Shown: one piece after another, positions 15,915-24,707 of the stretch | How the letters are laid out: each line of letters starts with the position of its first letter | How positions within the stretch are numbered: position 1 is the stretch's first letter | From: Terriglobia bacterium | GTDB lineage: Bacteria; Acidobacteriota; Terriglobia; Acidiferrales; UBA7541 | Direction: 5' to 3' | Length of the DNA: 46,506 nt | Assembly (NCBI GenBank): GCA_041490605.1 | Contig: JBGPTK010000001.1 | Location: 1-46,506 of the forward strand | Position numbers and translations under genes: made by a program | Notes under the pieces: generated by a model | Seen by the model: the letters and a program-made list of their open reading frames with translations, nothing else | Told to the model about the DNA's origin: nothing | Database searches by the model: none

Positions 15915-17324
15915 ATGACGCCGAAGCAGTTCCGGCAATACGGGCGCGCGGTGGTGGACTGGATCGCGGATTACTACGAGCAGGTTGAGTCGATGCCGGT
16001 GCTCTCGCAAGTGGCGCCGGGGGAGATTCGAGCGGCGCTGCCGGCTGAGCCGCCGATGCAGGGCGAAAAATTCGAAACCATCCTGCAGGATATGAACCGG
16101 GTGATTCTGCCGGGCGTGACGCACTGGCAGTCGCCGAATTTCTTCGCTTATTTTCCGGCGAACGCATCGGGGCCGGCAATTCTTGGCGACCTGCTTTCGT
16201 CGGGGCTTGGCGTGCAGGGAATGCTGTGGGCCACCAGTCCCGCGTGCACGGAGCTGGAAACGCACGTGCTGGATTGGCTGGTGGGCATGCTGGGCTTGCC
16301 GGAAAAATTTCTTTCGACGGGAATGGGAGGAGGCGTCATCCAGGATACCGCGTCGAGTTCAACGCTTTGCGCGATGCTGGCGGCGCGGGAGCGGGCCACG
16401 AATTTCGAATGCAACCGGAGGGGATGCGACGGGCGGCTGGTGGCGTATACGTCGAAGCACGCGCACTCGGCGGTTGAGAAGGCGATGAAGATCGCGGGAC
16501 TGGGCGGCCAGAATTTGCGATCGATCGAAGTGGACGAAAATTTCGCAATGCGCCCGGACGCGTTGGGCCTGCAAATCGAAAAGGACCGCGGCGACGGGCT
16601 GGTTCCTTTCTTTGTGTGCGCGACGGTGGGGACGACGTCTTCGAATGCGATTGATCCGGTGGCGAAGATTGGCGCCATTTGCAGGGAACATGGGCTGTGG
16701 CTGCACGTGGATGCAGCGATGTCGGGGACGGCGGCGCTGTGTCCTGAATTCCGGCACATCAATGATGGAGTGGAACTGGCGGATAGTTATTCCTTCAATC
16801 CGCACAAGTGGATGTTCACGAACTTCGACTGCAACTGTTTCTATCTGGCCGACCGCAAAGTGCTGATCGAAACGCTGAGCGTGCTGCCAGAGTTTCTGAA
16901 GAACAAGGCGACGGAATCGGGAGCGGTGATCGATTACCGCGACTGGCACATTCCGCTGGGGCGAAGATTTCGATCGCTGAAATTGTGGTTCGTGATTCGC
17001 CATTACGGGGTGGAGGGGTTGCAATACCACGTGCGGCAGCATGTGGCGCTGGCGCAGGAGTTCGCGGATTGGGTGCGGAAGGATGAACGGTTTGAGTTGG
17101 CTGCGCCCGCGCCGCTGAATCTGGTTTGCTTCCGGCATCGCGGCGGGGACGCGGTGAATCAACGGATGATGGACCGGTTGAATAAAAGCGGTGAATTGTA
17201 TCTGACGCATACACGGCTGAATGAGAAATTGACGCTGAGGCTTTGCGTGGGGCAGACGAATACTACCTTGCGGCATGTGAAGAATGCCTGGCGGCGGATT
17301 CAGCAGGAGGCGGGGGAGGAGTAG
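15915..17324 (+). CDS. Pyridoxal-dependent aromatic L-amino-acid decarboxylase (group II, DDC/TDC family)
   Basis: HWQSPNFFAYFPAN, WATSPACTELE, DAAMSGTA, SFNPHKWMF (PLP lysine). ATG 15915 gives the typical MTPKQFRQYG N-terminus. GTG 15858 is the alternative. Confidence 0.88.
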   Translation: MTPKQFRQYGRAVVDWIADYYEQVESMPVLSQVAPGEIRAALPAEPPMQGEKFETILQDMNRVILPGVTHWQSPNFFAYFPANASGPAILGDLLSSGLGVQGMLWATSPACTELETHVLDWLVGMLGLPEKFLSTGMGGGVIQDTASSSTLCAMLAARERATNFECNRRGCDGRLVAYTSKHAHSAVEKAMKIAGLGGQNLRSIEVDENFAMRPDALGLQIEKDRGDGLVPFFVCATVGTTSSNAIDPVAKIGAICREHGLWLHVDAAMSGTAALCPEFRHINDGVELADSYSFNPHKWMFTNFDCNCFYLADRKVLIETLSVLPEFLKNKATESGAVIDYRDWHIPLGRRFRSLKLWFVIRHYGVEGLQYHVRQHVALAQEFADWVRKDERFELAAPAPLNLVCFRHRGGDAVNQRMMDRLNKSGELYLTHTRLNEKLTLRLCVGQTNTTLRHVKNAWRRIQQEAGEE

Positions 17325-17341
17325 GTTTTTCTCACCAGCGA

Positions 17342-17365
17342 AACGCCATTCGGGAGAATGGCGTT
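17342..17365 (+). terminator. Stem-loop downstream of the decarboxylase gene (possible terminator, no U-tract)
   Basis: AACGCCATT cgggag AATGGCGTT: 9-bp perfect stem, 18 nt after the stop codon. Confidence 0.3.
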
Positions 17366-17375
17366 CCCGGGGTAC

Positions 17376-17445
17376 TTCAGGGGCCAAAGCCCTTGTTTTT
17401 AGGAACTTCCATGCCGGAGCTAAAGCTCCGAACCCCTAAAGAGCC
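17376..17445. repeat. REP-like double-hairpin element, family 1
   Basis: cttcaGGGGCcaaaGCCCttgttttt...atgcCGGAGCtaaaGCTCCGaacccctaaagagcc. Close relative at 31858-31933. Confidence 0.6.
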
Positions 17446-17538
17446 TTCCTGACATTGGCAGCCGAGAGTATCCGAATCATCCAACAGGAACTGTGAAGTG
17501 AGCGGAATTCCGATCAGGGGCATCGGGGCATCGGCTGA

Positions 17539-17739
17539 TTAGCCGCCGCCGACGAAATGGACGATTTCGTAGCGGTCGTCGGGCTGGACGGGGGTGTCAC
17601 TCCATTGAGCGCGGGGCAGGATGTCGAGGTTGCGTTCGAGGGCCACGCGATCCAGCGGCAACCCGAGATGAGCGAGCAGAGCAGCCACGTGCAGACCGTC
17701 CGGAACGTCGCGGGGGTCGCCATTAACCGTGATGGTCAT
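17539..17739 (-). CDS. thiS: Sulfur-carrier protein ThiS
   Basis: 66 aa: MTITVNG...VALERNLDILPRAQW...DRYEIVHFVGGG with a C-terminal GG. Its ATG overlaps the stop of the upstream gene (ATGA, 17736-17739). Confidence 0.88.
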   Translation of the reverse strand: MTITVNGDPRDVPDGLHVAALLAHLGLPLDRVALERNLDILPRAQWSDTPVQPDDRYEIVHFVGGG

Positions 17740-18350
17740 GGGGCCTGAGTCCTCGGCTTGGTGCGAAGGGCATAGCGAACCTCATCGGTGCCCGGCTCCG
17801 CCGAAGCTTGAATGACCAGTTCAGCCCCGCCGGGGCCGATCCGCGGCATGGGGAAGCTGAGCTGGGCCTTTCCCTCACCATCGGTCTGGCTCGCAAACTT
17901 GAGCGGTCCCTGAGCCCCTTCGAGGGTGACTTGAATAGCGGCCCCGCGTAGTGGGACCCGGTCGTGGCGGGAGATGACGCTGATTTCCAAGTTTGCCGTC
18001 CCCGCAACCGCCCAGGATGCCGGGTTCAACAGTTGGACCTCGATTCCGCGCTGAGACGCGACTAGCTGGACCATGTCCTTATCCAGTTCGACCTTGAGGA
18101 AGCCCGCGCGTAGGTCGTCAATTACAACGCGGTGTTGCTCTTCGACACGCCGGCGCAGAGTTTCATTCGGAGAGTCGCCGGGTGCGGGCGCGGCCAGGTC
18201 CGCACACTCCTGCGTCCGCCGGTGAACGACGCGCCCCTGCTGATAAACCACTGTCTCGACGATCGGATGGGCCTGTCCGCGCACTTCCGTTTGGACATGG
18301 CAGACTTGCGAGCCGAGGTGGATATCCGTATTGAAGCCGATGGTGAGCAA
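17736..18350 (-). CDS. Hypothetical protein with C-terminal Ig-like/beta-sandwich region, translationally coupled to thiS
   Basis: ORF 17736..18515(-). TTG 18350 has GGAAGG 9 nt upstream. The longer ATG 18515 version would run over the nuoA promoter (18459-18488) and the nuoA start. No family recognised; conserved-looking segment HLGSQVCHVQTEVRGQAHPIVETVVYQQG. Confidence 0.5.
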   Translation of the reverse strand: MLTIGFNTDIHLGSQVCHVQTEVRGQAHPIVETVVYQQGRVVHRRTQECADLAAPAPGDSPNETLRRRVEEQHRVVIDDLRAGFLKVELDKDMVQLVASQRGIEVQLLNPASWAVAGTANLEISVISRHDRVPLRGAAIQVTLEGAQGPLKFASQTDGEGKAQLSFPMPRIGPGGAELVIQASAEPGTDEVRYALRTKPRTQAP

Positions 18351-18458
18351 ACTGAGTTGCCTTCCTGGCGATCGCGGCGGAAGTCCCAAGGGCCCCACCG
18401 GTGAAGAAAACAGGTTAAACCGCCCCGCGAAAATAGCAAAGAAATGCGCGTCACTCGA

Positions 18459-18488
18459 TTGACCGATGCGCACTCTGGCCGCTATTAT
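18459..18488 (+). promoter_or_regulatory. Sigma70-like promoter of nuo operon 1
   Basis: TTGACC (18459-18464), 18-nt spacer, TATTAT (18483-18488), 17 nt before the nuoA ATG. Confidence 0.5.
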
Positions 18489-18505
18489 AGCAACGGTCAA
18501 GGCGA

Positions 18506-18880
18506 ATGGACGCAAACTACCTGACGAGTGCGTACGCTCCGTTACTCATCCAGTTTCTGCTGGCGATGGGCCTGGCGGCGATCCTAATCGGGCTTTCGGC
18601 GCTGGTGGGACGCCACAAGTTCTCGCGGGCAAAAATGGCGCCTTACGAATGCGGAATTGAGCCCACGGGGAACGCGCGAGAAGCGTTCCCGGTGCATTTT
18701 TACCTGGTGGGAATGATCTTTATTTTATTCGATATCGAGGCCATTTTCCTGTATCCGTGGGCGCTGATCTACCGGGAGTTGCACTCGTTTGGATTTATCG
18801 AGATGGTGTTGTACATTTTCATCCTGCTGGCGGGCTATATTTACCTTTGGAAGAAGGGCGCTCTGGACTGGAATCGATAG
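18506..18880 (+). CDS. nuoA: NADH-quinone oxidoreductase subunit A (copy 1)
   Basis: 124 aa. YECGIEP...FYLVGMIFILFDIEAIFLYPWA... Confidence 0.93.
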   Translation: MDANYLTSAYAPLLIQFLLAMGLAAILIGLSALVGRHKFSRAKMAPYECGIEPTGNAREAFPVHFYLVGMIFILFDIEAIFLYPWALIYRELHSFGFIEMVLYIFILLAGYIYLWKKGALDWNR

Positions 18881-18904
18881 CGGCCCGCCGAAAGCGACGC
18901 ACCT

Positions 18905-19381
18905 GTGGAACCGCAAGACCTGGCGAACGGCACGGTTGTATCCAAAGTCCGGGCGTGGGACGCTCACGCGATTGCGGAGACGATTGTCTTCCGGAATGAA
19001 TTGACGCTGGTGATCCCGCGGGAGCGGCTGCGAGCGGTGGCGGAATTTCTGCGCGATGATGCGGAACTTCGATTCAACTTACTCTCCGATATTACGGCCA
19101 CGGATCGCTTTCCGATCGAGCCTCGTTTCGACCTGAACTATCAATTGCTCTCTTTGAGCCGGAAAGAACGGCTGCGATTGAAGGTCCATTTGGCCGGGAA
19201 CGACCCCGTGGCGGCTTCGGTGGTATCGGTGTGGCCGGGAGCCAATTGGCACGAGCGGGAAGTGTGGGATCTTTTCGGAATTCGCTTCGAAGGCCACCCG
19301 GACCTGACGCGCATCCTGATGCCGGACGATTGGGAAGGGCACCCGCTGCGGAAGGATTATCCCGTGGAAGGATATCGCTGA
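18905..19381 (+). CDS. nuoC: NADH-quinone oxidoreductase subunit C (copy 1)
   Basis: 158 aa. ANWHEREVWDLFGIRFEGHPDLTRILMPDDWEGHPLRKDY. GTG start 24 nt after the nuoA stop. No nuoB lies in between. Confidence 0.92.
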   Translation: MEPQDLANGTVVSKVRAWDAHAIAETIVFRNELTLVIPRERLRAVAEFLRDDAELRFNLLSDITATDRFPIEPRFDLNYQLLSLSRKERLRLKVHLAGNDPVAASVVSVWPGANWHEREVWDLFGIRFEGHPDLTRILMPDDWEGHPLRKDYPVEGYR

Positions 19382-19410
19382 GAGATGACCGGCGTTAGGA
19401 ACAACGAACT

Positions 19411-20607
19411 GTGACGACCATCGATACCGCCACTGGCGCGGCGCAGACCATGGTGCTGAATATGGGGCCCCAGCACCCGTCCACTCACGGAGTGCTGCGA
19501 GTGGTGCTGGAATTGGACGGCGAAACGGTGGTGAAGGCCCGGCCGGTGATCGGCTATCTGCATACCGGAATTGAAAAGACGGCCGAGGCCAAGACGTATT
19601 CGCAGGTAATTCCGCTGACCGACCGGATCGATTATCTGGCGCCGATGTCGAACAATCTGTGCTACTGCCTGGCGGTGGAAAAACTGCTGGGCCTGGAGGC
19701 GCCGAAGCGCGCGCAATATATCCGCGTGTTGATGACCGAATTGACGCGGATCAATTCGCACCTGGTGTGGGTGGGAACGCATGCGATCGACCTGGGGGCG
19801 ATGTCGGTTTTCCTTTATTGTTTCCGCGAGCGCGAGGAATTACAAAGAATATTCGAATTCGTTTCGGGCCAGCGGATGATGACGAGTTACTTCCGCGTGG
19901 GCGGACTGGCCCTGGAACCGCCGCCGGGATATATCGAGCGCATCGAGAAGTTCCTAAACTATTTCCCCAGCCGGGTGGACGAATACGAAGATTTGCTGAC
20001 GAAAAACCGGATCTGGTGGGGACGCACGAAAGGCATCGGAATCCTGAGCGCGGAAGACGCGATTTCCATGGGCGTTACCGGACCGATGCTGCGGGCCAGC
20101 GGCGTGGCTTACGACATCCGCAAGTATTTCCCCTATTCCAGCTATGAGGAATTCGATTTCGCGGTGCCGACGCGAACGGAAGGGGATGTCTACGCGCGCT
20201 ATCTGGTGCGGGTGGCGGAGATGCGCGAGAGCGTGAAAATCTGCCGGCAGGCGATCAAGAAGATTCCGGCGGAAGGGCCGATTCGAGCGGAAGCGCCGGG
20301 AATCATACCTCCAGCCCGCGAAGAGATGAAAACTTCGATCGAAGGGCTGATTTATCATTTCAAGATTTTCACGGAGGGATTCGCGCCGCCGCCGGGCGAA
20401 GTGTACCAGGCGATCGAATCGCCGCGGGGCGAATTGGGTTTCTTCGTGGCCAGCGACGGCTCCGCGCATCCGCACCGCGTACACGTGCGCGCACCTTCTT
20501 TCGTGAACCTGCAATCCCTGCCGCAACTGGTGGAAGGCCGGCTGATCGCCGACGTGGTCGCCTGCATCGGCACGACGGACATCGTGCTGGGCGAGGTGGA
20601 CCGCTGA
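19411..20607 (+). CDS. nuoD: NADH-quinone oxidoreductase subunit D (copy 1)
   Basis: 398 aa. [25 protein letters not shown]-terminal DIVLGEVDR. Confidence 0.95.
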   Translation: MTTIDTATGAAQTMVLNMGPQHPSTHGVLRVVLELDGETVVKARPVIGYLHTGIEKTAEAKTYSQVIPLTDRIDYLAPMSNNLCYCLAVEKLLGLEAPKRAQYIRVLMTELTRINSHLVWVGTHAIDLGAMSVFLYCFREREELQRIFEFVSGQRMMTSYFRVGGLALEPPPGYIERIEKFLNYFPSRVDEYEDLLTKNRIWWGRTKGIGILSAEDAISMGVTGPMLRASGVAYDIRKYFPYSSYEEFDFAVPTRTEGDVYARYLVRVAEMRESVKICRQAIKKIPAEGPIRAEAPGIIPPAREEMKTSIEGLIYHFKIFTEGFAPPPGEVYQAIESPRGELGFFVASDGSAHPHRVHVRAPSFVNLQSLPQLVEGRLIADVVACIGTTDIVLGEVDR

Positions 20608-22421
20608 TGCAGCTTCCGAAGCAACTCGAGGAAAAATTCACACAACTGCTCGGCCGCTATCCGGTGAAGCGCTCGGCGCTGATCCCGATGATGCTTTACG
20701 CGCAGGATACCCTGGGCCATCTGGGCGACCCGATCCTGGAGGAAATCGCGCGGCGCCTGGACCTGAAAGTTTTAGAGGTGACGGAAACCCTGGCGTATTA
20801 CTCGATGCTGCATCGCAAGCCGATGGGGAAACATCACGTGCAAATCTGCACCAACGTTTCCTGCATGCTGCGCGGCGGGCAAGAAATGTACGAGTATGTC
20901 CAGAAGAAGATGGGCATCGGCAACAAGCAGGTGACGCCGGACGGAAACTTTTCGCTGGAAGAGGTGGAATGCATCGGCGCGTGCACCGGCGCGCCGGCGT
21001 TGCAAGTGAATTACGATTATTACGAGAACTTGTCGCCGGAGCGAGTGGACAGGGTTTTGGATGATCTGGCGCGCGGCGGCAAGCCCACGCCTTCGGCCTG
21101 CACAGCGGGCGCGGTTCATGAGCGGCATCCGGCCGAGGTGCCGGTGATCAGCCGGCTGTTCGGGATCAAAGGTTCGCATACGATCGGCGTCTACCGGGAT
21201 CACGAGGGCTACCGAGCAACGGAAAAAGCCCTGACGCAAATGACGCCGGAGCAAATTATCGAGGAGCTGAAGAAATCGAATCTGCGCGGGCGCGGGGGCG
21301 CGGGCTTCCCTACAGGAATGAAGTGGAGCTTCGTGCCCAAGGACATTCCGAAGCCGAAATACATCCTGGCGAACTGCGACGAAAGCGAGCCGGGCACTTG
21401 TAAAGACCGGCCGCTGATGGAATTTGAGCCGCATCAATTGATCGAAGGAATGATCATCGCGGGGCGCGCGGTGGGCTCGACGCGCGGTTACGCGTATATT
21501 CGCGGGGAATACCGCTACGTGCTGGACATTGTGGACCGGGCGATCGAGGAAGCCTACGCCGCGGGATACCTGGGAAAGAATATTCTGGGCAGCGGCGTGG
21601 ATTTCGATCTTTCGACGCACACGGGCGCGGGGGCCTACGAGTGCGGCGAGGAATCCGCGTTGATGGAATCGCTGGAAGGCAAGCGCGGCTACCCGCGCAT
21701 CCGGCCGCCGTTTCCGGCTGTCATCGGCCTCTACGGCTGCCCGACGGTGATCAACAATGCGGAGACTCTGATGTCCGTGCCGCCCGTGATTCTGCGCGGA
21801 GGCGAATGGTACGCGGGCCTGGGGACGCCGAAAAACGGCGGCACGCGATTATTCTGTATTTCGGGGCATGTGAATCGCCCGGGGATTTATGAATTGCCGA
21901 TGGGCTTCAACCTGAAGCGGATGATTGAAGAGGTCGCGGGCGGCATGCTGGACGGCAAGAAATTGAAGGCCGTGATTCCCGGTGGAAGTTCGTGCCCGCT
22001 TCTGACGGCCGCGGAAGTGGACCTGCCGATGGATTTTGATTCGCTGGCGAAAGCGGGTTCCATGCTGGGGTCGGGCGGTCTGGTGGTGATCGACGAAGAC
22101 ACCTGCATGGTGGACCTGGCGCGGCGGATCATGCACTTCTACGCGCACGAATCCTGCGGCTGGTGCATTCCCTGCCGCGAGGGCACGGCCTGGCTGCGGT
22201 CGATTCTGGACCGCTTCCACGACGGCGGCGGGCGCAGCGAAGATATTCCCATGATCGACGAGCTTGCGAAAAACATGCTGGGACGGACGTTTTGCCCGCT
22301 GGGAGACGCGGCGGCATTGCCGACGATCAGCATCGTGAAGAAATGGCGGAACGAATTCGAAGACCACCTGCACGGCAAGTGCGCGTACAAGCAGGCCAGC
22401 GTGTTGACGGCCAGGCGATAA
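20607..22421 (+). CDS. Fused NADH-quinone oxidoreductase subunits E and F
   Basis: Single 604-aa ORF. The N-terminal ~165 aa is NuoE-like (CTNVSCMLRGG...ECIGACTGAP, 2Fe-2S Cys). The rest is NuoF (GRGGAGFPTGMKWSF, ANCDESEPGTCKDR, ESCGWCIPCREG). Its ATG overlaps the nuoD stop. Confidence 0.9.
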   Translation: MQLPKQLEEKFTQLLGRYPVKRSALIPMMLYAQDTLGHLGDPILEEIARRLDLKVLEVTETLAYYSMLHRKPMGKHHVQICTNVSCMLRGGQEMYEYVQKKMGIGNKQVTPDGNFSLEEVECIGACTGAPALQVNYDYYENLSPERVDRVLDDLARGGKPTPSACTAGAVHERHPAEVPVISRLFGIKGSHTIGVYRDHEGYRATEKALTQMTPEQIIEELKKSNLRGRGGAGFPTGMKWSFVPKDIPKPKYILANCDESEPGTCKDRPLMEFEPHQLIEGMIIAGRAVGSTRGYAYIRGEYRYVLDIVDRAIEEAYAAGYLGKNILGSGVDFDLSTHTGAGAYECGEESALMESLEGKRGYPRIRPPFPAVIGLYGCPTVINNAETLMSVPPVILRGGEWYAGLGTPKNGGTRLFCISGHVNRPGIYELPMGFNLKRMIEEVAGGMLDGKKLKAVIPGGSSCPLLTAAEVDLPMDFDSLAKAGSMLGSGGLVVIDEDTCMVDLARRIMHFYAHESCGWCIPCREGTAWLRSILDRFHDGGGRSEDIPMIDELAKNMLGRTFCPLGDAAALPTISIVKKWRNEFEDHLHGKCAYKQASVLTARR

Positions 22422-22427
22422 GGATTC

Positions 22428-24707
22428 ATGGCGGAACAAAAGCTGATTACGTTCACGATTGACGAGCACAAGATGACTGTGCCGGCCGGGACGCTGGTGA
22501 TCGAAGCGGCCAAGAAGCTCAGCATCGAGGTGCCGTCGTTCTGCTATTACCCGGGCCTCTCGTTGCAGGCGGCGTGCCGCTTGTGCCTGGTGGAAGTGGA
22601 AAAAGCGCCCAAGCTGCAGACCGCATGCACGCTGGTGGCGGTGGAAGGGATGGTGGTGCGCACCACCACTCCGCAGGTGCACGGCGCGCGCAAGAATATG
22701 CTGGAATTCCTGCTGACCAACCATCCACTGGATTGCCCGGTGTGCGACAAGGGCGGCGAATGCGAATTGCAGGACATGACGTTCCGCTACGGGCTCGATC
22801 ACAGCCGGTTCGTCGAGGAAAAGCTGCACTCGCCCGAGGAATCGTGGTCGCCGCTGGTTTATTACGACGCGCCGCGGTGCATTTTGTGCTTTCGGTGCGT
22901 GCGCGTGTGCGATGAGGGCATGGACGTGAAGGCGCTGGGAGTGGGAGCGCGCGGCGTGCATTCGGTGATCCTGCCGAACAAGCAGGGCGGGCTGAACTGC
23001 GAAGAATGCGGCATGTGCATTGACATTTGCCCGGTGGGAGCGCTGACCAGCGGAACCTACCGCTACCAGACGCGGCCGTGGGAAATGCAGTATGTGCCCA
23101 CGCCTTGCGTGCATTGCTCGAACGGCTGCAAGACGACCCTGAGCGTGCGCAACAATGAAATCATCCGCGCAAATAATCGCGATCATTCGGGAGTGAACGG
23201 CGAATTCCTGTGCGGCAAGGGGCGATTCGGCTTCGATTTTACGAAGCATCCGGAGAGGATTCGCCAGCCGTTGATCCGCCGGAACGGAAAACTGGAGCCG
23301 GCAAGCTGGGAAGTCGCGCTGGAAGAAATATCGCGGCGGCTGAAGCAAGTCCACCAGAAGAACGGCGCGGAAGCCATTGGCGTGATCGGCTCGAACCGCA
23401 CCTCGAATGAAGAGAATTATTTGCTGAACCGATTTGCGCGAATATCCCTGGGCACGAATAACCTGGATCATCACCGGACCGCGGATTATGCGGGACTGAT
23501 TGCCGCGCTGGGGCCGAATGCGGCCGGCGCAATGGCCACCATGGCGCAAATTGATTCGGCGAATGCGATTCTGCTGATCGGAAACGATCCGACGCAGCAG
23601 AATCCGCTGGTGGCATGGCAGATTCGCTCGGCGGTGCGCCATCATGGCGCGCGGCTCTATAGCATCCATTCGCAGCCGATCAAGCTGCATCGGCAATCGG
23701 CGCAATTTGTGGAAATAGCCAAGGGCGCGGAGCCGATGGTGGCGCGGTGGCTGGCCACCGGCAACGCGGAACTTGACGGCAGCGTGGTGGAAAAACTGGG
23801 GAATCTGAAAGCGGCGTTGGAAAAGGAAGCGGATTTGGTGATCCTGTTCGGCGCGGGATTGGCCGGCACTGCCATTCGCGACCTGATGGCGTTCGCTTCG
23901 TCGCTATCGGGTGAAATTCGCTGCATGGCCCTGAGCGATTACATCAATTCGCGCGGCGCGGCTGATATGGGCGTTTTTCCGGACCGGCTGCCGGGTTACG
24001 CGCCGCTGAGCGATGCGGGCGAGCGCAAGCGATTCGGGAAACTGTGGGGCGGCGAGATTTCCGCGAAGCCGGGAATGAACGCGCGGCAGATGATGGACGC
24101 GGCTGTGGGAGGAAAGCTGAAGGCGCTGTACGTGATCGGCGCGAATCCGGTGAAAACATTTGAAGTGAAGAAGCCGGACCGCCTGTCGGGACTCGATCTG
24201 CTGGTGGTTCACGAAATGTTTTTGACGGAAACCGCGCAACGGGCCGACGTGGTTCTGCCCGCCGCCTGCGCCTATGAAAAAGACGGCTCGGTGACGAATA
24301 CTGCGGGCGAAGTGCAAATGACGCACCGGGCGCTGGACCCGCAAGGACCGCGCAGCGACTACGATTTGCTGCGGATTCTTTCGCATCAACTGGCACAGCT
24401 CGGAATGGGTTCGGCGATTCCCTTGCGCACGCCGGAAGCGGCGCTGGATGAAATCCGGCAGCACGTGCGCGGCTACCGCGTGCCGATCACCGGCCTGCTG
24501 ACGGGCGGCGCGGAACAGGCCACACCGACGCTGCCTTCGGCGGATGCGTCGTACGACGTGCCCGCGGGACTGGTTTTTTCGACCGTAGATAATTTGTTCA
24601 CGAGTGGAACCCTGGGGCGTTACTGTTCGAAGCTCAATACCTGCGAAGAGGCCAAAGAGACACCGTGGAGTTCGTCGCCCAGCATCCAGTCCTGGTGGTA
24701 TCGGTAA
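22428..24707 (+). CDS. nuoG: NADH-quinone oxidoreductase subunit G (copy 1)
   Basis: 759 aa. CRLCLVEV, HPLDCPVCDKGGECELQD, CILCFRCVRVC, CGMCIDICPVGAL, then a molybdopterin-oxidoreductase-like domain. Confidence 0.94.
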   Translation: MAEQKLITFTIDEHKMTVPAGTLVIEAAKKLSIEVPSFCYYPGLSLQAACRLCLVEVEKAPKLQTACTLVAVEGMVVRTTTPQVHGARKNMLEFLLTNHPLDCPVCDKGGECELQDMTFRYGLDHSRFVEEKLHSPEESWSPLVYYDAPRCILCFRCVRVCDEGMDVKALGVGARGVHSVILPNKQGGLNCEECGMCIDICPVGALTSGTYRYQTRPWEMQYVPTPCVHCSNGCKTTLSVRNNEIIRANNRDHSGVNGEFLCGKGRFGFDFTKHPERIRQPLIRRNGKLEPASWEVALEEISRRLKQVHQKNGAEAIGVIGSNRTSNEENYLLNRFARISLGTNNLDHHRTADYAGLIAALGPNAAGAMATMAQIDSANAILLIGNDPTQQNPLVAWQIRSAVRHHGARLYSIHSQPIKLHRQSAQFVEIAKGAEPMVARWLATGNAELDGSVVEKLGNLKAALEKEADLVILFGAGLAGTAIRDLMAFASSLSGEIRCMALSDYINSRGAADMGVFPDRLPGYAPLSDAGERKRFGKLWGGEISAKPGMNARQMMDAAVGGKLKALYVIGANPVKTFEVKKPDRLSGLDLLVVHEMFLTETAQRADVVLPAACAYEKDGSVTNTAGEVQMTHRALDPQGPRSDYDLLRILSHQLAQLGMGSAIPLRTPEAALDEIRQHVRGYRVPITGLLTGGAEQATPTLPSADASYDVPAGLVFSTVDNLFTSGTLGRYCSKLNTCEEAKETPWSSSPSIQSWWYR

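Noticed and set aside
18881-18904. A possible hidden or degraded nuoB between nuoA and nuoC (and likewise in 43450-43663 of operon 2).
   Set aside because: Operon 1 has only 24 nt available. The 214-nt spacer of operon 2 is occupied by a repeat element, and no frame shows NuoB-like residues. I therefore treat this as true absence from the window, not as a pseudogene.
21849-23705. 618-aa ORF on the minus strand opposite nuoEF/nuoG.
   Set aside because: It is fully antisense to genes with unambiguous motifs. Its composition is dominated by R/H/Q/P/A, as expected for shadow ORFs in high-GC DNA, and I saw no recognisable domain. The same reasoning applies to 6608..8668(-), 28826..29794(-), 29867..31252(-), 16359..17387(-), 36115..37203(+) and 41782..43458(+).
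24665-24707. A 43-nt overlap between nuoG and nuoH, considered as a possible frameshift or fusion signal.
   Set aside because: Both proteins are complete and sit in different frames. An in-frame GTG at 24695 would reduce the overlap to 13 nt, so this is most likely start-codon ambiguity.
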